A DNA stretch of 64,000 bases, taken from contig BPJL01000007.1 in the NCBI GenBank assembly GCA_026004595.1, forward strand, positions 12,460-76,459, read 5' to 3'. Origin of the DNA: Patescibacteria group bacterium. GTDB taxonomy: Bacteria > Patescibacteriota > WWE3 > UBA101185 > UBA10185. The translations under genes were made by a program, and so were the position numbers. Positions 49,996 through 59,567 of this stretch are shown one piece after another. The notes beneath the pieces are model-generated. The model made no database searches. It was not told where the DNA came from and saw only the letters and a program-made list of their open reading frames with translations. Each line of letters begins with the position of its first letter. Within the stretch, counting starts at the first letter, position 1.

Positions 49996-51606
49996 ATGCT
50001 GTATGTTTAACTTATCGTAAAAGTCCTGGGGTAAATCTGGTAGTTCTACATCTTCGTAAACGGGATTGTCTGGTATGTTAGTCTTGTCGTTAACAACTTT
50101 TACTGTCCCTTTTATATGCAAGTCTCCTATAAAATATTCTTCCTCATTGTCTGCATAAAATATGTACAGTGTTCCCTTCTTTTCTATTACCGGGTGATTA
50201 AGTGTTATTAAAAACCTTGTTCCCTCTTTCGAAGAAAAGGCTATTATCTTCTCTGGGGGTTCTTCGTAGTAGTAAACTGGATTAAGCAGGTTAAGTGAAA
50301 AGTAAACTCCATTTTTATCCATATAGATACTGTCTCTTGCTCTTACCATAATTCTTTTTGAGTAGTTTTTCTCTAACAGCTCCTGATCAATCTTTGTTTC
50401 TATTTCTCCCTCTGGCATCTCTCCAAAGATATCAACGATTGATCTGTCGATATGCTTTCTGATGTTTTCATCATAATGATAAAGCTTTAATAGTGTTACC
50501 AGATCAGATGTTTCGGCTTTATCATTTTTTTCTTTCCATTTCTCACGACTGGAAAGCCTGTACTTTTCAAGAAAGCTTTCTCCCTCGTCTATCACTGAAG
50601 GAAATTTCCTTAAGAGTGGCTCAGACTTTTCTATTATTGCCACTATTGCTGCTCCGAGTAGTTTGTTTTCCTCATACCTTTCATACCAGTCGTATAGAAA
50701 CGAAGCACTGTCGATTGAAATCTTTTTCTTGAAACTGAGAACAAAGTCTCCTCTTGATGTTACCATATTATCATTTATCATGTTTCTCTTCTTTAGTCTC
50801 TTTAGAGACTTTAAGCAGTAGTATTCATCAAACACTGTTTTCGGGTCTATTTTAGTCTTAAACAACTCCAGTATTCTAATGTCATGTGATTTTACTACCT
50901 CTTTCTTTTTCAGATAAACAATCTTTTTGTAAAAGTCTTTGGGCATCATTCTGTAGCAGAAGCCTTTCGTTAGTATCGCTGCTCTGCTTTTTATCGAAAC
51001 TCTACAGGCTATTCTGTTAAACTGATAGACGCTACCCGTGTCGGAAACGTTAATTTCGTTTTCCAGCATAAGATCAAACAGTCCCGTTACTGATTCTAAT
51101 TCAACGTTTTCCAAGAAGTCAGTTGAAACAACAAGTTTAAACTTTTCACTGTCCTGTTTAAGTATTTCAAGAGTTATTGATATTGGTGTTTTTATGCTTA
51201 TAAAGTGACTTGTTAAGTCCTTAAACTTTGGAAACACCATTTCGCTTGGAACGATAACAAGCCATAGTTCACCCGGTTTCCCCCTTTCTTCAATAAACCT
51301 TTTTATGGTATCAATGGAATCCCTGAAAATAATATCGTTCTCTGTAGAAAAATAGTACCTGTCATGATAGATCATCTCTATGTTTTTTTTCACACTTGGT
51401 TTCACCTTGTTCAAATTAACTCCCCTTGACTTAAGTAGTTTTATTACCATTTCACCATCAGCTGTTTTTAGCAGGTTATCAGTGTAAGTGTACTCATTGT
51501 CAACTGAGTCTGATAGTATTTTCTCCTTGAGTCTATCAACCGATATTGATCCTTCAACACCTAAAGCCTTTTTCAGCAAAACTACTGTTTCACTTGGTTC
51601 TATCAT
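49987..51606 (-). CDS. Hypothetical protein (539 aa)
   Basis: Long ORF. Its 3' end (…NIQHQP*) lies inside the terminal repeat unit. Confidence 0.65.
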   Translation of the reverse strand: MIEPSETVVLLKKALGVEGSISVDRLKEKILSDSVDNEYTYTDNLLKTADGEMVIKLLKSRGVNLNKVKPSVKKNIEMIYHDRYYFSTENDIIFRDSIDTIKRFIEERGKPGELWLVIVPSEMVFPKFKDLTSHFISIKTPISITLEILKQDSEKFKLVVSTDFLENVELESVTGLFDLMLENEINVSDTGSVYQFNRIACRVSIKSRAAILTKGFCYRMMPKDFYKKIVYLKKKEVVKSHDIRILELFKTKIDPKTVFDEYYCLKSLKRLKKRNMINDNMVTSRGDFVLSFKKKISIDSASFLYDWYERYEENKLLGAAIVAIIEKSEPLLRKFPSVIDEGESFLEKYRLSSREKWKEKNDKAETSDLVTLLKLYHYDENIRKHIDRSIVDIFGEMPEGEIETKIDQELLEKNYSKRIMVRARDSIYMDKNGVYFSLNLLNPVYYYEEPPEKIIAFSSKEGTRFLITLNHPVIEKKGTLYIFYADNEEEYFIGDLHIKGTVKVVNDKTNIPDNPVYEDVELPDLPQDFYDKLNIQHQP

Positions 51607-52400
51607 CTTTGACTAACACTGTCTAGCAGACCTTTTTCAGTTATTCTTAGTCTTTCGTAGTTGTTTTTTATCAACTCACGTACGTCACCCGTAAAGTCGT
51701 CTTCAATTAGTTTTAACTTTTTACAAAAGTCAACAAAACGCTTATCTCTTTTGGCAAGGTTAAGAAGGATTGACACTAGGCTATAGTTGTAACACCATTC
51801 ACAAGGGTACCCGGAAAGCATTCTGTCTACCAGGTTTCCAGTCGGGTTCTCATAGAAACCAACGTATCTTGTATTATCAAAAGTCAAACAAGAGTCTTCG
51901 TTGGGAATTAACACTGGTTTATCATTGATAAACATAACCTCTTCTATCACTGGGTAATTTAACTTTTTTAGCATTCCGACTATTTTAGACGTGATGTTTT
52001 CGGGTCTGTCTTTACTGGTGTTTTCTGTTTTTCTGTTTATCAGGAAAAGGTCATTTTTGCAAACCCATGCAAAGACAAAGTCAGTGATAAGATCCGAGCA
52101 AGAAAGCAACGTTGATATAACGGCTCTGTGCTCAAGTGGTGTATTCATAGCCCTAAAGAACAAAGTTTCATTAAAACTGTCCAAGATGTAATTTGAAAAA
52201 CATCTGTATGGATACTTTGTAACTGTGTATCCCTCGTTTGATTTTATCATAAAGTCTTTGAAAAGGTATGAAGCCCTTAAACAACCACTACAAAGAGAGT
52301 GACTTCTTGAACAGCAGGTCGATGTGGGAAAAATGGATTTAAGTGGATTCATATCACAACTCACATTCTTATGTAATAAATAAAATTTATTTTTGTCCAT
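51603..52400 (-). CDS. Hypothetical protein (265 aa), Cys-rich N-terminus
   Basis: ORF overlapping the previous gene by 4 nt (ATGA). Confidence 0.6.
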   Translation of the reverse strand: MDKNKFYLLHKNVSCDMNPLKSIFPTSTCCSRSHSLCSGCLRASYLFKDFMIKSNEGYTVTKYPYRCFSNYILDSFNETLFFRAMNTPLEHRAVISTLLSCSDLITDFVFAWVCKNDLFLINRKTENTSKDRPENITSKIVGMLKKLNYPVIEEVMFINDKPVLIPNEDSCLTFDNTRYVGFYENPTGNLVDRMLSGYPCEWCYNYSLVSILLNLAKRDKRFVDFCKKLKLIEDDFTGDVRELIKNNYERLRITEKGLLDSVSQR

Positions 52401-52421
52401 TTACTATACAAATAATAAAAA

Positions 52422-54845
52422 ATGACTTCACAATATGAGAAACTGTTCATCAATATCCCCCAGGGTAAAATTAGATATTCCATTGTTAATCTTCCTGTAC
52501 CAAAAAGACTGATGGTTGCCAAGGCTGAAAAGAAAAACAGAATAGAACACTATGACCCGTCTAGTGGGACGGTTGATAGTCTGGTCTTTGGGACTACGGT
52601 CGATGAGTTCGACTGTGATACCTGTAAACTAAACAGGCTATGGTGCCCGGGACACCTTGGTTACATAGACCTTTCAAAGTTCCCGGTTATAAACCCAAAA
52701 CTTAGAAAAAAGTTGGCCAAAATACTTAACTGTTTCTGTGTTGAAACCGGCGAACCAAAGTTTGATACCAACCGCTACAACCTGTTTTTGCATCTAAAGT
52801 TTCTTAACGAAAAGTATAAGGGTGCTAAGTGTCACGAGGGCCACGAAAGAGTCATTTTTGTTGTTACCAAACAGAATAGAAAGAACGTTATTTTTAAATA
52901 TGTTGGAAAAAACACTGAAAAGGTTTCAGTTTCACCAATGGAAATCATAAAGTACCTTGATAGAATAGACAGCAGATACAAAATCAAGCCGTTGAACAGG
53001 GCTCTTGTTATAAAGAGATTACCAGTTATTCCTCCTTGTGTTCGCTACTACGGTGTCTTTAACGGTGATAAAAAAATTGCTCATCCAATAACAAGACATT
53101 ACAACGGAATACTCCAGAGAATAGAAAGGCTAAAGTCAAGTCGTGTTGACAGGGAATCAAACGCAAGAAATGACATATTTTCTCTTGTATCAGAGCTTTT
53201 TAACGAGATAGAGAATGAACTAAAAAACAAAAAGGGATACATAAGAGCATCAGTCATGGGTAAAAGGGTAAACTTTAGTGGCAGAACAGTGCTCGGTCCC
53301 TATAACAGGTTAGACTTTGGAATGATAATGATACCAAAGCTAATGAAGTACGTTCATACGATTCCAATAACGGTTACAACTTTTAATCAGAATGTTATGA
53401 GAGAGTTTCTCAGAAGAAGAATGGTAAAAACTGTTATTCTTGGTGACAGACAGGTGTTAAAGGGTGTTACAATAAAGCCCGATAGCAACTATACACCGTT
53501 ACCCGGAGACGTGCTTGAAATTTATGGTAGACAGGGAGACGAGGTGATTTTTAACCGTCAACCAACCCTTGATAAGCAGTCCATTATGGGTTATAGAGTA
53601 CAGTACCTTGATGACTACTACTGCTTTGGTCTTCACTCTTCTTACACTACACCTCATAACGCTGATTTTGACGGCGACGAGGGTAACCTGCATAAGATTC
53701 AAAACGTTGAAGCCCGTGCTGAAGTGAGACACATTGTTTCCGTTGAAAACTGTCTTATGAACCCAAAGACTAACCGTCCAGCTTTCGGACTAGTTTACAA
53801 CTGCATTTCAGCCGGTTATCTGATATCAGAAGCAGAAATTGATAAAAAGTGGTTTATAAGTTTAGCAGAAAAACTGGGGTTACTTGAGGATAAAAGACTA
53901 AATAGATGGTTAGAAGAGAAAAGAAAGTTAACCGGAAAGGAACTTTTCAGTCTCTGTTTACCAGACGACTTTAACTATAGCAACAGATCAGTAGTGATAA
54001 TAAACGGTGTTTTTACGTCTGGTAGACTAACCTCATCACACTTAGCCCCAACGGAACACTCAATTTTGCATCGTATCTATAAAACACGCGGAAAAAAAGA
54101 TGCTGTTAGGTTTCTTACCCTTGGGCAACGTATACTAGACGAGTTTCTTGGATACTATGGTCTTTCGATAGGCATTTCCAGTCTGGTGCCAAAGAAACTT
54201 AGTATAATCAAGAAGCTTGTTGAGAACGTGATTCAGAAAACCATATTTAATATAAAGGCTATACCAGAGGGGTCTATAAACAGAGAGAACAAAATCTGTA
54301 ACGCGCTTAACACAGTTACAAGAATAGGAATACAGATAAGCAAAAACGTACTTAAACCAGAAAACCCTCTTAACGTAATGTCACTCTCGGGCGCGAAGGG
54401 AAAAGAAGCAAACACTGCTCAAATAATTGGAAGTCTGGGTCAACAGTACATTTTTGGATCAAGACCGGAGAAGACGTTAACACTAAAAACAAGGTGCCTT
54501 CCGTACTTTGAACCGAACAGCCCTGATCACGACATAGAATCAAGGGGCTTTGTAAAAGAGTCGTTTATGGAAGGAGCTGACCCTCCAGGGTTTATCTTTC
54601 ACATGATGGCTTCAAGGGTTGGTCTTATCGACTCAGCGATAAAGACTGGAGACATTGGCTACTCTCACAGAAAGCTTGTTAAGTCGTTAGAAAACCTTGT
54701 GCTTGAATACGACGGAACAGTGAGGGATAACAGAGGTAACATTTTCAATTTCTCATATACAGACGGGTTCTACGCTGGAGAGCTGTTAACCGTTAGCAGC
54801 GCACAGTTAACAACACTCTGTTTTGTTTACCCGAAAGAATTTTGA
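52422..54845 (+). CDS. RPB1: RNA polymerase largest subunit, N-terminal portion (A'-like: clamp/zinc, active site, bridge helix), paralog 1
   Basis: Zinc motif 'CDTCKLNRLWCPGHLGYIDL', 'RASVMGKRVNFSGRTVLGPY', catalytic 'YTTPHNADFDGDEGNLH', bridge-helix region 'ESRGFVKESFMEGADPPGFIFHMMASRVGLIDSAIKTGDIGYSHRKLVKSLEN'. It ends just after the bridge helix. Confidence 0.85.
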   Translation: MTSQYEKLFINIPQGKIRYSIVNLPVPKRLMVAKAEKKNRIEHYDPSSGTVDSLVFGTTVDEFDCDTCKLNRLWCPGHLGYIDLSKFPVINPKLRKKLAKILNCFCVETGEPKFDTNRYNLFLHLKFLNEKYKGAKCHEGHERVIFVVTKQNRKNVIFKYVGKNTEKVSVSPMEIIKYLDRIDSRYKIKPLNRALVIKRLPVIPPCVRYYGVFNGDKKIAHPITRHYNGILQRIERLKSSRVDRESNARNDIFSLVSELFNEIENELKNKKGYIRASVMGKRVNFSGRTVLGPYNRLDFGMIMIPKLMKYVHTIPITVTTFNQNVMREFLRRRMVKTVILGDRQVLKGVTIKPDSNYTPLPGDVLEIYGRQGDEVIFNRQPTLDKQSIMGYRVQYLDDYYCFGLHSSYTTPHNADFDGDEGNLHKIQNVEARAEVRHIVSVENCLMNPKTNRPAFGLVYNCISAGYLISEAEIDKKWFISLAEKLGLLEDKRLNRWLEEKRKLTGKELFSLCLPDDFNYSNRSVVIINGVFTSGRLTSSHLAPTEHSILHRIYKTRGKKDAVRFLTLGQRILDEFLGYYGLSIGISSLVPKKLSIIKKLVENVIQKTIFNIKAIPEGSINRENKICNALNTVTRIGIQISKNVLKPENPLNVMSLSGAKGKEANTAQIIGSLGQQYIFGSRPEKTLTLKTRCLPYFEPNSPDHDIESRGFVKESFMEGADPPGFIFHMMASRVGLIDSAIKTGDIGYSHRKLVKSLENLVLEYDGTVRDNRGNIFNFSYTDGFYAGELLTVSSAQLTTLCFVYPKEF

Positions 54846-54857
54846 GCGAAGCTCGTT

Positions 54858-55076
54858 CTAGCATTCGAGTTCAGACTTGATAACAAAAATCAAAACCATA
54901 CCAGTAAAATAAAGCCAGTTATAGATAAGCCTTTTACAGACATTATAGTTACTAAGGATAAAAAAGAAAAATATAATCTCGTAGATAATAGACATGATAA
55001 TAAACCTTATCAGATTGATGCTGTTTAGCATGATTCCACTAAACATTCCAGCGCAGAAGGAAAGGATGATAAACAT
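54858..55076 (-). CDS. Small hydrophobic ORF (72 aa) in the spacer between the two RPB1-N paralogs
   Basis: Track ORF. AT-rich spacer, could be spurious. Confidence 0.2.
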   Translation of the reverse strand: MFIILSFCAGMFSGIMLNSINLIRFIIMSIIYEIIFFFFILSNYNVCKRLIYNWLYFTGMVLIFVIKSELEC

Positions 55077-55108
55077 TTGAATATACGCAGATTAGTTTAT
55101 TTAATCAA

Positions 55109-57496
55109 ATGTACAGACATAGTTTTGATGAAATCAAACACGGAAAGATAAAGGCTGTTAGTGTTAGTCTCTTGAGCCACGAGGAGCTTAGTAGTTTAAA
55201 GCTTGTGGTATGCAACAACCCTGAGTACGAGGGGTTAAACAGTCCCAACGATCCAAGGCTTGGTACTGTTGAACCGGGGTCACTGTGCTATAGCTGTCAT
55301 CAGACGCCGTTTTTCTGTCCCGGTCACCTTGGCATGATAGAGTTAAACGAATGGTTTATACACCCTAAACTTACTGACGTTGCGATAAAGATTCTGATGT
55401 CAATCTGTAACTCATGTGCTTCACTGCTTATACCACCTGAAGTGATTGACAAGCTTGACTTGTCTAGCATGTCTTTCCAAGCTAGACTAAGAGAAATAGC
55501 TAACATGTCAGTTAAGATAAAGAGGTGCACTAACAAAAGCGTTGACCCGCTAGGAATAAAAAGACCGTGCTTGCCTAACCCAAAGTTTTTCCCGTTGGAA
55601 TCAAAGGGCTTACACGTGGTGATCTGTGAGTACAAAAACGGTGTTAAGTTAGAGAAAAAGGTAAAAGACATTTACGATCTTTTTTCCAGAATGGACGAAA
55701 GGTCTATAAGGGCGTTGGGTTTCACGGGTAAAACTCACCCAAAGGACCTTATCATAAGGTCTTTCCCCGTTATTCCTCCTAGAGCAATACCACGTATGTA
55801 CAGGGACGACAAAATACTCTATGATCACATAACCTCTGCTTACGTGGACATAATAAGACAGAATAACCTGCTTAAAACGATGTTACAGAAGCAAGTAGAT
55901 CACACTGACATTGATATAAAAAGAGTAACTAGAAACATCTATTTTTATATGTCACATCTGATAGACAATAACGACAAAAAGTACACCAGATCAAGGGAAG
56001 AACCGATACAGTCTTTAGTGGAAAGACTAACGAACAAAGATGGGTTAATAAGGTCAAGTGTAATGGGTAAAAGGGTGAACTTTGTTTCACGGGCTGTACT
56101 GGGACCGTATAACAAAGTTGAGTTCGGTAAAATTGTTTGTCCTTCTGTTTTGAAAAGGTATCACACGTTGCCAATAGCTGTCTGTAAGTTTAACATTGGT
56201 TATCTGAACAGACTGTACAGAAGTGGAAAGGTAGTCAACCTAATTTTACCCAACGGGAACATTTATGAGATAAACAATAACACTAGAGATAAACACAAAC
56301 TTACTATAGGTGCAACGGTTGAGGTGGAGGGGAAAAATGGAGACGAGGTGATTTTTAACCGTCAGCCTACCCTTGACAAGCAGTCCATTATGGGTTATAG
56401 AGTACAGTACCTTGATGACTACTACTGCTTTGGTCTTCACTCTTCTTACACTACACCTCATAACGCTGACTTTGATGGTGACGAGGGTAACCTACACAAA
56501 ATTCAAAACGTTGAAGCACGTGCTGAAATAAGACACATTGTTTCCGTTGAGAACTGTCTTATGAACCCAAAGACCAACAGTCCGACTTTTGGTTTGGTTT
56601 ACAACTGTGTTTCGGCTGCTTACCTTTTATCAAAGACTAACCCTGACCTCTTTTCTGTATTATTACCTGAAGACTTCTGTTACAAAAAGGGTGATCTGGT
56701 TATAAAAAACGGTAAAATAGTATCAGGCTATATCACGAAGGAGCACATTGGCACTTCAGACGGGTCGATAATGCAAAGGCTATACAAGGAGTACGGTAAG
56801 AAAAGGGCTGTTAAGTTTCTTACAGAGGGACAGATACTGCTTGATCAGTTCCTAATGTATTATGGTCTCTCGGTTGGTTACTCTTCAATAATACCAAAGA
56901 ACGCCTCTTTGATAGAAAAGCTAATAGACAATATGATAGACAAAGCCAAAATGAGAATAGTAGCAATCAAAGACGAAACGAAAATACTGAACAGCCTTAA
57001 CATGGTATCCAGAATAGGACAACGTATTTCGCTTAAAGCCCTTGATGAACTTTCACCACTCAATGTTATGTGCAGATCTGGTGCTAAAGGAAAAGAGGTT
57101 AACATAGCACAGATAATAGGCTGTTTGGGTCAACAGTACATTTTCGGATCAAGGCCGGAGAAAAGCTTCACACTTGGTTCAAGGTGTCTTTCTTACTTTG
57201 AGCCCCACTCCGAAGAAATAGAATCAAGAGGATTTGTGAGAAACTCGTTTGAAAAGGGGTTAGACGTTACCGAGTTTATTTTTCACATGATGGCATCAAG
57301 GGTTGGTTTGATGGACTCCGCGTTAAAAACAGCTGACATTGGTCATCTTCATCACAAGATTGTTAAGTCAATGGAGGACATAGTATTAGAGTACGACGGT
57401 ACAGCAAGAAACTGTAACGGTATTGTGATAGACTTTATGTACGGGTTTTACAGTTCAGAATTAACCAGGCGAAATGGTCTACTTACGTTTTTCTAG
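55109..57496 (+). CDS. RPB1: RNA polymerase largest subunit, N-terminal portion (A'-like), paralog 2
   Basis: 'CYSCHQTPFFCPGHLGMIEL', 'RSSVMGKRVNFVSRAVLGPY', 'YTTPHNADFDGDEGNLH', 'ESRGFVRNSFEKGLDVTEFIFHMMASRVGLMDSALKTADIGHLHHKIVKSMED'. ~60% identical to paralog 1 overall, with a ~100-aa block that is ≥95% identical. Confidence 0.85.
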   Translation: MYRHSFDEIKHGKIKAVSVSLLSHEELSSLKLVVCNNPEYEGLNSPNDPRLGTVEPGSLCYSCHQTPFFCPGHLGMIELNEWFIHPKLTDVAIKILMSICNSCASLLIPPEVIDKLDLSSMSFQARLREIANMSVKIKRCTNKSVDPLGIKRPCLPNPKFFPLESKGLHVVICEYKNGVKLEKKVKDIYDLFSRMDERSIRALGFTGKTHPKDLIIRSFPVIPPRAIPRMYRDDKILYDHITSAYVDIIRQNNLLKTMLQKQVDHTDIDIKRVTRNIYFYMSHLIDNNDKKYTRSREEPIQSLVERLTNKDGLIRSSVMGKRVNFVSRAVLGPYNKVEFGKIVCPSVLKRYHTLPIAVCKFNIGYLNRLYRSGKVVNLILPNGNIYEINNNTRDKHKLTIGATVEVEGKNGDEVIFNRQPTLDKQSIMGYRVQYLDDYYCFGLHSSYTTPHNADFDGDEGNLHKIQNVEARAEIRHIVSVENCLMNPKTNSPTFGLVYNCVSAAYLLSKTNPDLFSVLLPEDFCYKKGDLVIKNGKIVSGYITKEHIGTSDGSIMQRLYKEYGKKRAVKFLTEGQILLDQFLMYYGLSVGYSSIIPKNASLIEKLIDNMIDKAKMRIVAIKDETKILNSLNMVSRIGQRISLKALDELSPLNVMCRSGAKGKEVNIAQIIGCLGQQYIFGSRPEKSFTLGSRCLSYFEPHSEEIESRGFVRNSFEKGLDVTEFIFHMMASRVGLMDSALKTADIGHLHHKIVKSMEDIVLEYDGTARNCNGIVIDFMYGFYSSELTRRNGLLTFF

Positions 57497-59102
57497 TGAA
57501 AAAAAGTCTTATTTCTTCTCTAACGGCGATAAACTCATCTTTTCTTTCTTTTTTAACAACAATGTTTTCTTTATCAGTCTTTTTTACTTTTCCCACAGCT
57601 TTTATTAAAAGTAAAGGGTTAATAAAGGGTATTAAGGGAACCTGGTGAAAGTCATTATGCCTTGCCTCGTTCTCTATCTGAAAGTTTATTGGGGCGAACG
57701 GTTCAAGCTTTCCTCCCGGTTCTATCAGAGGTGCTAACTTTCCGATAATACTGCTGTGAGAAGGCGGTATTACTGCGACGAGTTGATGTGGTATTTCCAG
57801 TTTTACATCAGGAAAGTCAAACTCTGGTTCACCACAATGATGATAAAGGTCTCTTATAAGTGGTGCTCTGTAGTAGCTGTAGACAAAACCGTCTGTCCCC
57901 CTTCCAGAGTAGTAACTCATAACCCATTGAAGGCCGTAAAGGTACAGTTTAGACATACGTTCTATGTCGTCAGCGTCTGGCTCCGTCGGAGAACAGATGA
58001 CTTTGCCGGTTGACGTTTTTGGTTCCTGTTCCTTTAGGTACCAGTGCTTGCGAAAAGTTTCATAGTTTTCAACGAGGTAAAGTAGCTCTGAACCGAACCT
58101 AAAGTTTATTTTTGACTTTTTTATCAAAAGTTCATGTTCGTGAGAGGACATCACCCTAAGTAGACTTTTAAGCGACCTCCAGTTAATTTTATAGTTTTCA
58201 ATGTTAACTAGTGGCCTTGTGCATATCTTTTTAACAAAAACAGCATTGTAGAGACAGATTAGGTAAGAAACTGAAGTCTCAACGTCAGTAAAGGCAAAAA
58301 GTTTTGGTAGAAAATCATTACCCAAAAAGGTTATCAGTAAAACAAAGTCTGCTACTATGTTTTCTTTAGTTAGGTTAGTGCCACTTCCCATCTTTTCAGC
58401 GAGGTAGTCTGTGAACTGCTTAATGCTGATAAAACCGTCTACTGATTCCTGGGAAACAACTATTTTGTCTCTAAAGGGGCTTAAAAGTGACAGTATGTTT
58501 AGATCACTGTCCTTAGAAAATATAATATGATAGCCATTTCCATCCTCTATTTCACCTTTTCTTATCAAGTCTATGATCTTATGTTCGCCTTCTCCCTTTA
58601 CAGCATAAGACGAATAAATAACCTTTTCACATGGGAAATCACTGCTTCTTATCCAGTCAACTATCTTTTTGTCTATGCTTTTCATAAGTTCTGTACCGGG
58701 TGTTATCTCAATCGGCGAGACCACTGTCGTGTCTTTTAGTGATGCTATGTACCTTCTAGTCCTTTGCTGTGTTATCTTTGCAAAGGGAGCCACACCGTCA
58801 ACTGAAATCACTACTGTTTTAGACGGCTTGTATTCGTTGATAAGAAAGTTTAGTATCTCCACTATCACCATTAGCATTTCGTCTATAAGCTGTTTCCTTT
58901 TTATTTTTGCTAATGCCTTTTTTCTGTTTTCGTACTCTTGATCATTAGAAAACAGTGTTCTGTCAGAAGCAGTAACATAGTTCCTAGCAGTGTGAAGTAT
59001 GCCGTTAGCGTCTATCAGTAGACTTAGTACGCTACTACATGTTCTGCTAACATTGACGATTCTAAGTCGTCTAATCCAAAAGTTAAACGTGTCTATACCC
59101 AT
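57483..59102 (-). CDS. XRN-like / PIN-domain 5'-3' exonuclease (539 aa)
   Basis: The N-terminus 'MGIDTFNFWIRRL…LLIDANGILH' matches XRN N-terminal motifs (MG[IV]PKFFRW…LY[LI]DMN[GS]IIH). Acidic residues lie downstream. An FEN1/XPG-like alternative is not excluded. Confidence 0.5.
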   Translation of the reverse strand: MGIDTFNFWIRRLRIVNVSRTCSSVLSLLIDANGILHTARNYVTASDRTLFSNDQEYENRKKALAKIKRKQLIDEMLMVIVEILNFLINEYKPSKTVVISVDGVAPFAKITQQRTRRYIASLKDTTVVSPIEITPGTELMKSIDKKIVDWIRSSDFPCEKVIYSSYAVKGEGEHKIIDLIRKGEIEDGNGYHIIFSKDSDLNILSLLSPFRDKIVVSQESVDGFISIKQFTDYLAEKMGSGTNLTKENIVADFVLLITFLGNDFLPKLFAFTDVETSVSYLICLYNAVFVKKICTRPLVNIENYKINWRSLKSLLRVMSSHEHELLIKKSKINFRFGSELLYLVENYETFRKHWYLKEQEPKTSTGKVICSPTEPDADDIERMSKLYLYGLQWVMSYYSGRGTDGFVYSYYRAPLIRDLYHHCGEPEFDFPDVKLEIPHQLVAVIPPSHSSIIGKLAPLIEPGGKLEPFAPINFQIENEARHNDFHQVPLIPFINPLLLIKAVGKVKKTDKENIVVKKERKDEFIAVREEIRLFFTRKT

Positions 59103-59138
59103 TTTAAACTGTTTCTTTTATTGTTACTTTTTAATTAA

Positions 59139-59567
59139 ATGGATAAAGAGTTTCAAGGTAGCACTGTTCATACAAAAAGAGATGAGGGAAATAAAATAGC
59201 AACAGTTTCTCAGAAAAAAGATATCAGACAGGTTATCAGTTGGTTAGACGGGAAAGAGGTAAAAGACCCTTTTCTTCTGTATGAAGCTGAAGTCACCGAG
59301 GGGCTAAAAGAGCTTATCAGAAACAGTGAAAACAGGGGAAGGCGAATCATCTTTGACTTACCCTGTTTTGATTCGTGTAGACGTCACTATGAAGAGGAAA
59401 AGAGAAGAATACTTTCCAAAACTAACATGATAACCGGTTTCTACGCCTGTAAGAAGTGTAAAAGCCAGAACACAAGGACAACTATAATACAGATGGCAAG
59501 AGGAGACGAGGCCGATACTCATATCACAGAGTGCTTTAACTGTGGCTACAGGTGGTCAGAAACCTAA
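59139..59567 (+). CDS. TFIIS/RPB9-type zinc-ribbon transcription elongation/cleavage factor
   Basis: C-terminal 'FYACKKCKSQNTRTTIIQMARGDEADTHITECFNCGYRW' matches the TFIIS_C ribbon (C-x2-C…Q[TM]RSADE…C-x2-C-x3-W) including the acidic hairpin (DE). Confidence 0.7.
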   Translation: MDKEFQGSTVHTKRDEGNKIATVSQKKDIRQVISWLDGKEVKDPFLLYEAEVTEGLKELIRNSENRGRRIIFDLPCFDSCRRHYEEEKRRILSKTNMITGFYACKKCKSQNTRTTIIQMARGDEADTHITECFNCGYRWSET

